A DNA stretch of 63,960 nt, counting the filler, from Dimargaris cristalligena (taxonomy: Eukaryota), in the NCBI GenBank assembly GCA_003614675.1. It is 2 parts of 2 records of this genome, joined end to end, with 100 filler letters (N's around TTAATTAATTAA, not from the genome) between each part and the next. Parts side by side here need not be neighbours in the genome. Positions count along the whole stretch, not along the records: positions 1 to 31,994 come from ML002430.1; positions 32,095 to 63,960 come from ML002434.1. One strand, given 5' to 3'. Below the pieces are notes generated by a model. It ran no database searches. It had not been told where the DNA came from and saw only the letters and a list, made by a program, of their open reading frames with translations. The position numbers were made by a program, and so were the translations under genes. Position 1 is the first letter of the stretch, and the number at the start of each line of letters is the position of its first letter. Positions 26,121-38,555 of the stretch are shown here, in pieces.

Positions 26121-26444
26121 ATGAAGTTCACTGCCACCCTCTTCACCGTCGCCGCTCTCGCTGCCGTATCCACCATCCAGGTCCAGGCCAACTTCGAGGG
26201 AACCAACACGTTCGATAGATATACCCAGGATCTCAAGAAAGCCTACACTCTCAAGCCCTTGGCCGACGCCTACCGTCATCTCGGCTTTGGTTGGGTGGTG
26301 CCCACTGAGCTTAGCGGCGACTGGCATTTTGGTGGCCATGGCGATAAGTTCGGCTCGCGTGGCGAGGAGTATCGCCGTCCCAGCTACGTGGACGCCAAAG
26401 GTGCCGATAGTTACCGTAAGGGAGCTGTCAAGCCCACTTACTAA
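26121..26444 (+). CDS. Small secreted Cys-free protein, 107 aa
   Basis: Classic signal peptide MKFTATLFTVAALAAVSTIQVQA, strong codon bias, TATATAAA at ~25982 and a pyrimidine-rich leader. Confidence 0.85.
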   Translation: MKFTATLFTVAALAAVSTIQVQANFEGTNTFDRYTQDLKKAYTLKPLADAYRHLGFGWVVPTELSGDWHFGGHGDKFGSRGEEYRRPSYVDAKGADSYRKGAVKPTY

Positions 26445-26777
26445 AAGTGTGCCCACTATAGGGCTTGGTTAGGGTTATAGCCTCCGACATGTGCGCACAG
26501 TCGGAACCACGGGGCCACACGTACCCAGTTATTGTCATACAGCCACATCTAAATTAACCTAGTAAATTCAATGATAACTTGTGATATCGGTTAACGTGTT
26601 CGAGTTAAGGTGGCTATGGACCAGGAGAGAACTATCAAAGAGACCGATGTAATCAGGGCCCCCCAGTAGTCTTCGTTTTGCTAATTGGCCTAAAAAAAGC
26701 GAGGGGAGGTAGTTGGATTTATTATTACAAGGTCGAGTCATTGTTGGCCATACATTAGATATAACGAATCCTGGCTC

Positions 26778-29706
26778 TTATTTCCACAAACGGAATTCCC
26801 AGGAGTACTTGTGTTCGACGCAGTGAATACGGGTTACCAGGCCCTGGTCCACGACGGTGGCTGGGGCCGGCTGGTCTAAGTGGTCATGCATCGAAATAAG
26901 TGAGTGGGAAATAGGGGTAGGTTGTCCCCCCGCTGGTTCTTTAGGGGCCATGGTCTGATTGAGCCAAGCCAGCGGAGAGTGGGGGGTAAAGTCCTTGGGT
27001 AAAAGGGCGGTTAGTTGACCCCTTTGGGCTTGGACCAATAACCCCAGCAAATTAGTCCATTGGGAAGGCAGTATCCATCCTCGAATTTCCAGGCTATACC
27101 GGGATTCCGATTTCGGGGGATGCTGTTGCTGGCGGTTATTATTATCATTATTATTATTACTATTGATGATTTTCCTATAGCTGTTGGCGATGTTGCTCAC
27201 CGGAGGTGCCCCGTTCATGGACCGTTGCGAGGGAAGATGCTGTCCGTTTTGAATGGTTTGAATGGCATGTACGTTGGCCCAGGCCATTTCGGCGTGGTGG
27301 AAGGGAAATGGTGCGACCAACTGGGCGCTTTTCCGAACCCGGCGTTCCGTGCGGGGATCCTCCCAGGCCAGTAGAAAAGTTAGCAGGGCTTGGCAATGCT
27401 TCAAGCCATGAACATAGACACTGGATTGTGGAGTATGATCGGTTTTCTTGATGGCCAGGGCCTGGAGGGCCGCGTCCATACCACCGGTGGCACGTATGGC
27501 TTCCGCTTGGTCGACGGCAACGGAGGTGAACACCACCCCGGCTTCGGTCAGGCGTCGGCGTAAACCCACGGTGGAATGGGAAATCCGCGCATCATAATAA
27601 GGGGTAACAGTACTACTACTACCGGTTTTGGTGAATAGAATATTGAATTCGTCGTGGAGGAAATAGAAATAGCCCCCTAGGGGGCGATGGATTAGGGTGG
27701 AAAAAGCGGATCGCAGGGCAGCGCCCCATCGTTCTTTTTGGGCTTGTAGCCGACTAACTTCTGCTTGTTCGTCCGCATTCGGGGACTTCATTTGGCTTAG
27801 AACTTTGGTGAGTAATTTAGCGTACAGTTCGGTGTGAGGAGGGGACTGGTAAGACCAGTGGTATAGACACGATAGCACCTATATATTAGTTGGTTAGGAG
27901 AAGTAGAAAACCAAGTAGGTGGGTTAATACTTTTTTTTTAAAGAAAAATCATAATAGTAAGATCGATTTAGATTTAGAGGAGTCGATAGTTCGTTACTTT
28001 CTGTCAAGGGACGGCCGTTAGAATGGTAGGCTTAGTATTAACTAATGTGTGACACTTACTTGACTTGTTAGGCTAAGTTTCAAGCTGGTCGATAGTTGGG
28101 GCTGGGTGAAATTCAGAATGGCTAAGGTGTAGTCCTCACTGCTTTTGTTCTGGGTATTGCCCGTGGCGGACCGGAGCCAATCAAACGAATTGCCCGACAT
28201 AAATAGGGCCCCTGTACGTAGTGTCCAATCGATCGGCGGAGTGCCCGATTGTTGCTGGGGTATGGGTGCTACTACTTCAGCTGGCCAAACCGGTTTCTTA
28301 AAGTCGGCCTTCGCCTGGATAGCCGTACGCTCAACCAGGCGCTGGATTTGATCGGCGGATAGATCGGATCGAGTTTCGCGCTGTAGTTCGAAGATGCGGG
28401 TTAACCGAGGCCGCGTTTCCTTGGGTTTATCACCGCTCGATGATACCAGTTGGCTGGCAGCCCGCATAAGACGGTGATCAGTTCGTGAAGTTGGGGTTTG
28501 GGTGGAATTAGCCGAACAGACGTATAGGCTAGGATCCGTGGTAGCTTCATCGACGATTGATGACTGGGCCGGAGCAACATAGTCGTCTAGGTCCGGATCG
28601 GCTCGGTGGGCCGGTACAATGAAAAGGGATTGGCTTCGCAGTAATAAATTCCGATCATCCGAGTCCGGGTGTGCGTAGTTGTCTTCATCGTCATCCGACG
28701 ATAGGGCGGTCGGACTGCCGGTTAGCTGGTCGGCCGATATGAATGAATGGCCATGGTTATAATGGCCGTCTTGCTTGTCATCCTCGCTTTTAAAGTGCCG
28801 CATGTCCAAATGTTCGTCTTCCTCGAAGTTCGACAAATGGGACAGGGTTAGGCGACTTAAAGACTGGGTGCCGAGATCGGGCGTAGTGTTGGCGGATAGA
28901 ATAGGTGGCTCCGACCGACTTGCCGTGGAGCCCGGAAAAACATTGACACTGGATAAGGCAACGGGAAACGAAAAGGCCCGACCTGAGAGGAGCTGGGGCA
29001 ACGTAGGCGCGGATACAGGCGGATGGTCGTCATCCACAACACATCGATACGCTGAGCCCTTTTCGGCTGAACCATCCCGGAGACCTAGTACGCGATTGAC
29101 GGTATGGAAGGGATTGGCTTCAGCTGGACCATGCACAACGGCACTGCAAAAGACGTTAACGGGAGGAGGGGGTCGACGAGCGGCGTGAAGCCGTTGCTGG
29201 CCATTGGGTAACGGGTAGGCACTGGCCGTCCGCTGTAAATGGGCCCCTTTGGATTTGGGCGGCCGGTTAGAGGATGGTGGTGGAAGTGGTTTGCCCCCCT
29301 TGGGTAATGGGGCGGGATAGGGCGTGAATCGCGTGACGGGGCCAGTAGGGGTGGTACATATACCTCCGGCGGGCGGGTGTTTCGCGGTCTGTGGGGAAGT
29401 AGTGATACTCGATTGTCGGGATAATTGCCTCCGCTATAGGGATACGCGAGTAAGGGACCGAAACGTCCGGGGTCGAATGGGGTTGGTGTATGATGGTATT
29501 CGTTTAGTAAAAGACAAACCCAAGCGGTTAGTGCCTGGGCGTATGGCTTGCAAGTTAGAAAGATGGTCGCGAGGGTGGGCCATTGAAGAAGTAGCACAAT
29601 TGCCAGCGATTGGGCCGGTAAACATGATGGACATATACTGGATGGTCGGACTTACTTTGAGCTCCGCGGGGGTTAGGAATCGTTTCGGTTTCGAGGTAGA
29701 GTCCAT
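26778..29706 (-). CDS. DONSON: DONSON (downstream neighbor of SON) ortholog, 3 exons, ~841 aa
   Basis: Exons 29706-29656, 29433-28060, 27878-26778, phase 0. Family blocks in order: PIDWTLRT..F.S..SFDW, LYHWSY, W...LRS....YFYF....F.ILF, ARISHSTVGLRRRL..AGVVF, DHTPQS..V.G, LVAPFPF..A, YSLEIRGWILP. Confidence 0.85.
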
Positions 29707-30064
29707 GGCCGGCAAATGGGCCTAGCAAGCGTCAATAGCTGCGATTGGGGTGACTTTTGGTTGACGGGGCGCTGGTTCAACTTGGTGAAGGTGATTTATA
29801 AGCAATTCTTAAAGATGGATTATGACTAAGCGTAAGCAGTCCCCATTGCCTAGTCCTAAAGTGGCCTACTGTCAAATCACCACTATACTCTTCCTCAGCC
29901 ACAGCTTTCCCCATCAGGTTGTCGTGGTATTCGGCCTTACTTATTTTTTTGGCCCTTGACTTCGAGGGGTTTGGGGATTTTCGACTCCCAATGAAGAAAG
30001 TGGCCCAGTTCGTTATATAGGTAGCACAGTTGGGGAAAATTCCGATGGGATTTTTCTCGAAGAG

Positions 30065-30162
30065 CTCCCGCCACCAATCAAATGGTCGGAAAAGGATCTT
30101 TGTTTACAGGAGGGTAAAATGTAAACACACACACTCCCCATCCCTTTCCTTTACTCCTTGAA
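30065..30162. promoter_or_regulatory. Motif cluster in DONSON/UBE2C bidirectional promoter
   Basis: CTCCCGCC (E2F-like, 30065-30072), CCAAT (30074-30078), inverted forkhead pair TGTTTAC (30101-30107) and GTAAACA (30121-30127), CTTGAA (CHR-like, 30157-30162). Motif matches only. Confidence 0.4.
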
Positions 30163-30372
30163 ACAGCGGGGGAGGGGCTAAGGGAGCTTCAAGCTCACCA
30201 ATACCTCAAGTGTTGAAAGCCTTCCTTGCGGACTTATCCCTCTATCCTACAAGTTCTTTCACCTCTTCACTCGCTTTCTGGTCCTCCTAACTCAACTTTT
30301 GTTTGGCAGCTTCTACTCATTTACCCGGCCCTCAAACCTACTCGTTACCTTTACCCCAGTTTCCTATTCAAC

Positions 30373-31121
30373 ATGAGTGCCACCGCCTCTTCCCAATCCG
30401 CCAACGATGGCGTCAACGTTACCAAGAGGTAAGATCTTATTACACCACTGTGTTTAAATCGAAGGCGGCCACCTCTAGAGTCACTCATTTGATCGCCCTC
30501 GGAACAACGAAGGAGGTGTACTTTAACGACCCAGGGAATTTAATATAGGTTGGGCGGGTTGTCGTTACTCATTGATTAATATAAACCGGACGGGTGCGTG
30601 CCAACTGGCCCTTAGTAAGCCCGATCCATAACTAACCTTTAATCTTGCATTTACTTATCGACGAATACTATATTTACCCCCATTGATGTAGACTCCGGAG
30701 CGAACTGATGTCCCTCATGATGGCCAATATCACCGGCGTCTCCGCCTTCCCCGAATCCGACAACATGTACAACTGGGTCGGCACCATCGAAGGCGCCTCG
30801 GGCACGGTGTACGAAGGCCTCAAGTTCAAGCTCTCCATGAAATTTCCCAACGACTATCCCTATTCCGCCCCCACCATCAAATTCGACACCCCCTGCTACC
30901 ACCCCAATGTGGATACCGCCGGTAACATTTGCCTCGACATTCTCAAGGAAAAATGGTCGGCGGTCTATAACGTGCAGACCATTCTCCTGTCACTACAAAG
31001 CCTGCTTGGTGAACCTAATAATGATAGTCCGCTGAACGGCCAGGCCGCCCAATTGTGGGCTAATCAGGAGGAGTTTAAGAAGCAGCTTATGGCCCACTAC
31101 AACGAGCACGCCAAGGTTTAA
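30373..31121 (+). CDS. UBC11: Ubiquitin-conjugating enzyme E2-C (UBE2C/Ubc11, APC/C E2), 2 exons, ~161 aa
   Basis: [64 protein letters not shown]. Exons 30373-30428, 30692-31121. Confidence 0.93.
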
Positions 31122-31994
31122 GTCGTCTGTGGTTTAGGACACTCGGACTATATTTTTTTTACCTTCCGTTTAATTATTTTTTTGCCCACTCCATAGGCAA
31201 CCGAATGTTCGACACCCTCACTTTATGTATTGTTATATTTCCCTTAACTTATGCGATTATTTCCAGCCTAGACTTAGCTATTAAATAGTTCATATTCCCC
31301 ACGACTCGATGTTAATGCCTTAAGATTGGGAAGGTCTAATTTGATAAAAATAGCTGTCATTAACAGATGTCTAATAAGTAGACATTAACGTTGATTAGAC
31401 TGTGAAGCACACCACACTGGAATGTATAGGCGACCATTCCCAAGGTGATCGCTCGAGTAACGAGGTTAGCATTATCTTCTCTTATTTTATTTTTTTTGGC
31501 CATTTTAAGAGAAATAGCGAGTAACTGCGAAGAGTATTAGAACTTTTTCATTTCCAGTCAGGAATGGCTCGAAAAAATAATACTCAGCAAGCGGATTTGC
31601 GGCTATTGGTGGGAAAATATTTCTTTTTATTTTAAATAAATATAGTACCAAGAGTTTTCTGTTGTGATATAGCTAAACGGCTATAGTAGTATTGGGCATT
31701 GCCCTATTTATTTTTACCCTTTCTATTGAAACCACCGTCCATATTTAGGTGATTAGTCAAGGAATTGGCGCTGCTAGCCTAAGTATTCCCTTTTTATAGT
31801 TGTTATTGTTATACAACGTCTATATATTTATTGTTGATTGGATAATTTTCCCGAGTATTACATTTATACCCTTGCTGTACTCTTTCAACGAGTACCAGCC
31901 ATTCCTTTAACCTATTATAAGTTCGTTTATACCTTTTTTTACCCTTGTTTTTGTTATACCAACGAGTATAACCATTTTTATTCATCCAATGATT

Positions 31995-32094
31995 NNNNNN
32001 NNNNNNNNNNNNNNNNNNNNNNNNNNNNNNNNNNNNNNTTAATTAATTAANNNNNNNNNNNNNNNNNNNNNNNNNNNNNNNNNNNNNNNNNNNN
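31995..32094. other. Artificial contig linker / assembly gap
   Basis: 44 N + TTAATTAATTAA (stop codons in all six frames) + 44 N, exactly 100 bp. Confidence 0.97.
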
Positions 32095-34659
32095 AATAAC
32101 TTTTGACCAGTAATATTTACCTCATCAAATGGATGTTTCGTTATACAGCCTGGGTGAACTTCTGCCATATATACATACATCTATATATTTATTCCTGTAT
32201 TGGTATGTGATCTCCTTAATAAAATTGGAGAGTTTTATTAAACACCATGGTCATTTCAGCTTATAGTCATGGACTGAGCGAGGTTAGCCTTAAATGCGGC
32301 GTTTAAATGTTAGTAAAAATAAACGACCACCATGAGCAATTATCGGGCGAGATATACCGAGGCCGGAGGCACAGCCAGATGAAATTAAGTCCCCTCCAAA
32401 AAATATATTAAATGTGTAGGGTAAGCTTACACCAAGCCCTAATTAATTATTTGGCTGAAATACTGTCGAGATGACCAAGATTGCCGTCAATAAAAATGGC
32501 GTATTGTGCTTGATAGGGCAAGGCCGGGCATGCATATGTTTGGAGTTGATGTAACTCTACATGTTAAGCGCCCGGTTAGGGTTTGGTATAGAGCGGCATA
32601 TAAACCTGTGTAAATAAAGTAACGTTGAAGATAGCCACCATCACCAAATGCGCCGCGCAATCACCTTAAAAATCGTCTCTATATGATAGTTGGCTGCACC
32701 ATTTAAAGCCATGCACCCCAAAGTTCATGATAATTAGTCAGCCTGGAGATGGTGGACCCCAAAACTAAGTGTGGGGGTGGAATAGTAGGCGGAGTTTTAA
32801 AGAAGAATAGACAAGAATTAGGGACCCCTCAAACCATCTGCAATTTCTCTGGGGAGAGTGTGGATATCCCCCCCCCCATCTCCGCCCACCCAGACCAAGC
32901 CGATAGCCACTAATAGTGGAGCCAATCTTGGCGGAGGAGGGAGAGGGGAACTCGTGACCCCATGTATCCAACATAGGCAGTGTGAAAGCGATAAGGGAGA
33001 TCTGAAAGAGAGAGTCGGGTCGGAGGACCAAGAGAAACCCGCTGATCTGGATTAGGGTGGACAAAGGTTTGCCTTTGATACATATATACATATTCTATGG
33101 CCACAGCACTTCTATATGGCCGGCAGGAGATACCCTTATCAACCCGTCGGTCCGGAAATGATTGCCATTGGGCGGGAAGGCCCCGGCGGATTAGAACCAT
33201 TCCTTCGGTCAATGTGTATTATATTTTTTACTAAGTTTATTCTACCGTTATTGGGCAGGTTGGTTGGTGGGATGCGTGGGCAATGGCCCAATCTCGTTTA
33301 GCGCGGGAGGGAGACAGTTGGTTTGAAAAGCAGACAGACAGACATGGCTGGCGGATGTCGTGTGGTAGTTGATTTTTCGGATCAGCGCGGGGTCATTGGA
33401 GCACACGGCATGGTTGGAGAGGCCGCCCAGAGAATAAGAATAAACCTAGCTGTTCCGGGTGGACAAAGCCAGTAGTCGACTCCCCCCCTTCCTTACCTCC
33501 CCCGAAGACTGTCACTCAGGACAGAGGTGGGTATTGGTCCCGGTTCGACTTGATGGTCAGAGAGGCCGATGAACTGGACTTTCCGGCCGCCTAATGAGCC
33601 CGTTGCAATCATTTAAAACCACAGTAAAGGTCGGAAAACTATGTGTTAGTGTGCATGCGATAAGGCCCGCGCCAATAGAACCTTAAGTAATACCTACCGG
33701 GTCGATATCAGGATAGAAATCCGACTACTAGTATCCCTTGTATTGAAGGGAATCTAATCTGGTTATTAACCTCGCTGCTTTAATATCCAATAGGTACAAA
33801 GACTACGCGGCTTTTGCGGGTTGACAAGAGAGGAAGGTGAGGGGAGGCATCAATACAATGTTCGAATATTGCACCCAACACTTGGCGTGCCGACATTGCT
33901 ATATCGCTTTCGCTAAATGAATATTATTGGGCTTCCTTCGTGGTATTGTATAGTGACGAAAGGTGGGTCTCTCCTCCCTTCTCTGTTCACAATAATGATG
34001 CGAGAGACCACAGTAGAGAATGTGGTGGGGGCTTATTGAAACCCCCCTCCTTCCTCGAGCATACTTTGAAGATGGAGATCCTGTGTAGTTGGGATGGTTT
34101 AGTCTATCGACAAAGAACTTAGAGTCGAGTCCGTAAGCATGGGCGGAAGTGTAATCTTGTAAGGATGTGGATGGGTATGCGAATCCATTTTCTTGTTATC
34201 TTTCCCGCTAATCCAGCCCTTGCTCCTCCTTCGATACTAACAGGCGCGAGCGCAGTCGAATTTAGTACAAGAGGGTGTAGGTAGGCAGTCATCACACGGA
34301 GAGGCGGCATTCCTCCCCTCCCTCTCTTTGTTTCAAAGTGCTTAAGAGCGCGGACAACGGGGATATACATTCCGGAGGGCGGAAAGGGAGAAGAATGGAT
34401 AGTGAAAAGCGCCAAACGAAGATAAACCGCTGGTCATCTGTCATTATAATATATATATATATCCAGCCATTTCCTCATTGGTTAAAGTATTCAAACCATT
34501 AAATCACACTTTCACCTCAGTACCATTGGCATTGTCCACATTTGCACCCCCCCCCCCTCATTTTTACATTATCAGCGCATTATATTCCATTTCTTTGAGC
34601 CCTCCCATACTACCACTTCATCACGATTAAGCCACCCAACATCCCCCTTCAGCCACACC

Positions 34660-35292
34660 ATGTATATTAACTTCCCGGTCACTTTACTCGTCCTTGCCCT
34701 GGCGACCCAAACTTTCGCCGCAATTAACGCTCTTTCCGGTAAACCCACAGGAACTTCACAAACGCACCAAAATTAAGCTAACCGAATTCAGAGAAATTTG
34801 ACGTTCCATATGAAGGATATGGATCGGACCGCCAAGCCCACGACTAGCCAGTCCGAAAAAAATACCAGCCCTAATCAGCCGTCGACCCCGAAAGGAAGCA
34901 ATAGCACCAAGCCCAACTTAGCATCTGGGCCGAACAAATCGCCCGGTACGGCCAAGCCTGCGACTAGCCAGTCCGGCAAAACGTCCCGCCCCAAGCCGCT
35001 GCTGTCGACTCCGCAGAGAAGCACTAGCTCCCCGTCGACACTCCCGACCGGGTCAAAAAAACCACCGGCTACTAAACCGACCGCCCCGACTAGCAACGGC
35101 GCCGGAAAGGTCAACCTTGTATTCCAAAATAAACCCAGACCCGGCGGCACCAACAAAAACATGGCTGGCAGTGGTGGTGGTGGTGCTCTGGCCCAAAAAC
35201 CAATCTGGAAAGGCGCTAACAGCCCCGCCAAAGGGAATGCGCCCACTCCTTATGTTAACCCCAAGGCCCTCAAGCCCCAGAAAGTCAAGTAA
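34660..35292 (+). pseudogene. Secreted Lys/Pro/Ser/Thr-rich repeat protein interrupted by in-frame TAA (pseudogene, base error or recoding)
   Basis: Signal-peptide ORF MYINFPVTLLVLALATQTFA from 34660 is in frame with track ORF 34798-35292 apart from TAA at 34774-34776. ~40-aa repeats start TAKP(T/A)TSQS. Confidence 0.6.
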
Positions 35293-36059
35293 CTCCGTCC
35301 GTTTGAAGTTTTCCGTGAAACCAGCCACTTCGAGGAGGGGCGTATCAGTAAGATATTCATGGATTCTATTCTCCGGCGTTCGCTTTTCTCTGCAACCACA
35401 ACATATTTTCCTATAGATTTTCCCTTCATCGTGCATTTTGCTGGCATCCCCTCTAGTTTCAAATGCCACTTCAGGATACCGTGGCTCCTTATTTTACCAC
35501 AGTTAGGGAAAGTTTAGTTCATCACATCCACTCTTGAAAGAGAAGTTATCGGCCATAAAAATAAATTTGGAGCTCAATTTGAGTTTAGTGGAAAGCAGTT
35601 GATTTTAACCAATATTTGAGAATCAAGTTTATATGGGCTTTCATTGGTATGTCACTCTACTGGTATAATTACCAGTACCTGAATAAGCCAGGATGCGTGG
35701 GCGCCCAATAGAGTTGTTTAAGCAGCCTGTTCCTCTATATGCAACACTAAATGACATGGGCATTGCATCTGCTTACTTATTGAGGCCTTTTTGACTGCTT
35801 TAGCCCTGTCCATAGGTCCAAATTTGGGTAAACATTACACACATCAGTACATGCATATTAATAGTTAAGTGCCCATCTATCTAACACGCCGAGTAACCCG
35901 TTATCTATATTTGACTTAGCAGCTACTATCAAAAATAAGATAAAACGGTCACCCTTTGGTCCATGCCACCTGTTCAACACAGTAGGATTTACTGGATAGA
36001 GAGGAGAGTGAATGATATGCTCGGACTTGGCCCAACCAGTTGATGGGGCTATCGTAAAA

Positions 36060-38555
36060 TTAATTAGGAGCATCAGAGTCCACAAATGAGTCCACACCTG
36101 TTTTCACCTTCAACATATCCACAAACCCAATAGGCTCTAATTCGCCGATGCCTTGAATAAACAGTCGCCGCACTAGGATGAATTTACCATCCATTGTGGG
36201 CACAGCCAGAAAGGGATAGGGTTTTTGTTCACGATAATGAATCGTTCCCGGGGAAGGATTGTAAGTTAGGGAGAGTGGCTGGGGTTCCTCGGTCTCGAGC
36301 GGATGTTCCGTGGGGCTAATGGGGTTGGACGGGACCACTTCGTTGTCGGTTGGAATGGCGGGCTCTTTTTCTCCGAGGAGAAACCGGTCCACCACCTCAA
36401 AATCGGTGAGGTGGATTTTGCGGACCCGCTTGCCCCGACCATAGAGAACGTGCAATGATTGAATGTCCCCAAAGGCGCGGCGCATGGCGGAAATTCGTGA
36501 TGCGGAATGGCGGGCCCAGTTAATACGGAATGAAAGGGCGGTGGTCTTCGGGGCTGGGGTAGCTTGGGCGGGGACTTGGGGTTGGGCTTCAGACTGGGTA
36601 TAATAGTTGGATACGGTGGAAGGTTTTGCAAATATAATTGCACACAGTAACGAATAAATGGTGGGCCCAGCTTTGGAATCAGTTTGTAAGAATCATTAAA
36701 ATAATAACAATGTAGAGATAGTTATCTCTTGCTAAAAGCTGACTATTATACGGGGGCCGTCATATTGATCAACTAGTCGTAGATCCGTTGGCTAAATACC
36801 CGAACGCTCGCCCAGTCAGGGTGATTTAAGTGTGTGTAAGGTTTAACTTACCCGATATTTGGGGATGTTCTCTAAAAACTGGCATACCAAAAGTCCGCCT
36901 AGCCTGCTCGCCTTGCTTAGCATAGACGGAGTGGTATCTTCCGGCTGGATTACGAGGCCCCCCTGTAGCAGAATTTTACCTGCATCGATAGTCCGAGGAT
37001 GGAGTTCCTGGATAGTCACACCCGTTTCCGGCTCTTCGTTGAGTAGGGCGGTAGGGATTGGCGTGGAGCCGCGGTATCTGTGGAGTAATAGTCCCGTGTG
37101 GGTCGGTTTAGAGTAGTTGGTGGCATTCGGTTTCGTGAATCTGATTTGAAAATTAAACTTTACTGGGACCACTACGTGTCTATATAGGATATGGTTTCAA
37201 CCCGATCCAATGTGTAGGCTGGGGCCGGGTGCTTGGCGTGGCCGAATAGGTAAATGTATTTTTATAATATGGGGTGTGCGGACTTACTTGGGAAGTAGCG
37301 AGGGGTGGACATTAATCATACCCAACGGGAAAGCCTCTATAATCCGGCGGGGAATAAAGGAACCAAACGATGCCACGATGCCCATATCGTAACGGGTTGG
37401 GTTGCCGGCTGTAGAATCGCTCGGCCTGGGCAACTAAGGGTACATAAGGTAGGCAGGATTAGAGTGCATGTTATTATCGGTTAATCGGATTACTCTCAGG
37501 GTCTTTTTTCTTTTTTATACAGTTCGCACTATTCATTGCAGCGTAAAAAATCATTACAATAATTCCAAAAGCAACATACCTGCCAGGCTTTCATTTTCTT
37601 GTCCGTTATAGGGAGAAAATGGGCCTGAAGTTGATGCTGTTGGGCCTTCAGCTTAACCGCCGACTGGTATAAATTGGTGCGGCCTTTTCCCGTCATATGA
37701 TCGCCAACGGTTAGAACATCGAGAACTTGGATGGTTGGGTTGGGCTGGTTTTGACCCACTGGCGATAAGCAACGAACAGACAACAATGGGTAGGCCAGTG
37801 ATATATTAGTACTATTTTAAAGCAGTAATATGTCTAAGAATCTCTCTCTCTCTCTCTCTCGAAAAGATTGTGTACATTTCCGTATACGAAATCAAAATCA
37901 GGAACCATAAACGAATAGCTCCGGAGACAATATTGGTACATCGGTAGGCCATCCATATTATGCAGGGATGAACTTACCTAACTTATGAACGAGTTGCTCT
38001 AATACCTGACACGAAAATCCATCAGTGCCAAAGAATAAAACACGATATGGAGGCCTGGCGACCCCGTTGGTTTGGACATCCGCTTTGTTGGATGGCGACT
38101 GCTTAAATTAAGGATAAGTTCATTGAAATCGTACGAATATAATAAAGAAGCATGGCGAGAAAACAGTGGTCGTAAAATCCCGAAGGTCCAATGTTATCTT
38201 AACAGCCTGATGAGTAATTGTCTCCGTCAACTAAACCGATTGTCGAAGTTTGTAGTATGCCAACACCAAGCCAGCTACAATCATTTCAGGCTTTGGTGGG
38301 AAATGAGAGATACTCTCCTGGGATAGTTTGACTTACTACTGCTGAGGGGGTTGGTACTGAACCCAGTGCCGTATTAGTGTGGGCCGAGTAAGCCCGCTTC
38401 GAGAGCCTGAATGTTACATGTTGCCCTCCAGGACCTTTGTATTCCGCATTGGAAACGCTACCCAATGGGATTCTGGCTGCATAGCGGAGGGGAGCCCGTA
38501 GCACCAAAGGCCGTTTGGCAAGAACCGCTGGCAGTTGCAGTAACTTCAAATGCAT
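36060..38555 (-). CDS. FMT1: Mitochondrial methionyl-tRNA formyltransferase, 6 exons, ~474 aa
   Basis: RVLFFGTD.FS, GIVASFG.FIP, INVHPSLLPK|YRGSTPI, TGVTIQELHP..IDAGKIL. Exons 38555-38337, 38098-37978, 37758-37580, 37433-37288, 37077-36852, 36593-36060. Confidence 0.92.
37842..37860. repeat. (CT)n microsatellite in FMT1 intron
   Basis: Run tctctctctctctctctc. Confidence 0.8.

Noticed and set aside
31995-32094. TTAATTAATTAA palindrome within Ns
   Set aside because: Synthetic six-frame-stop contig linker. No synteny conclusions can be drawn across it.
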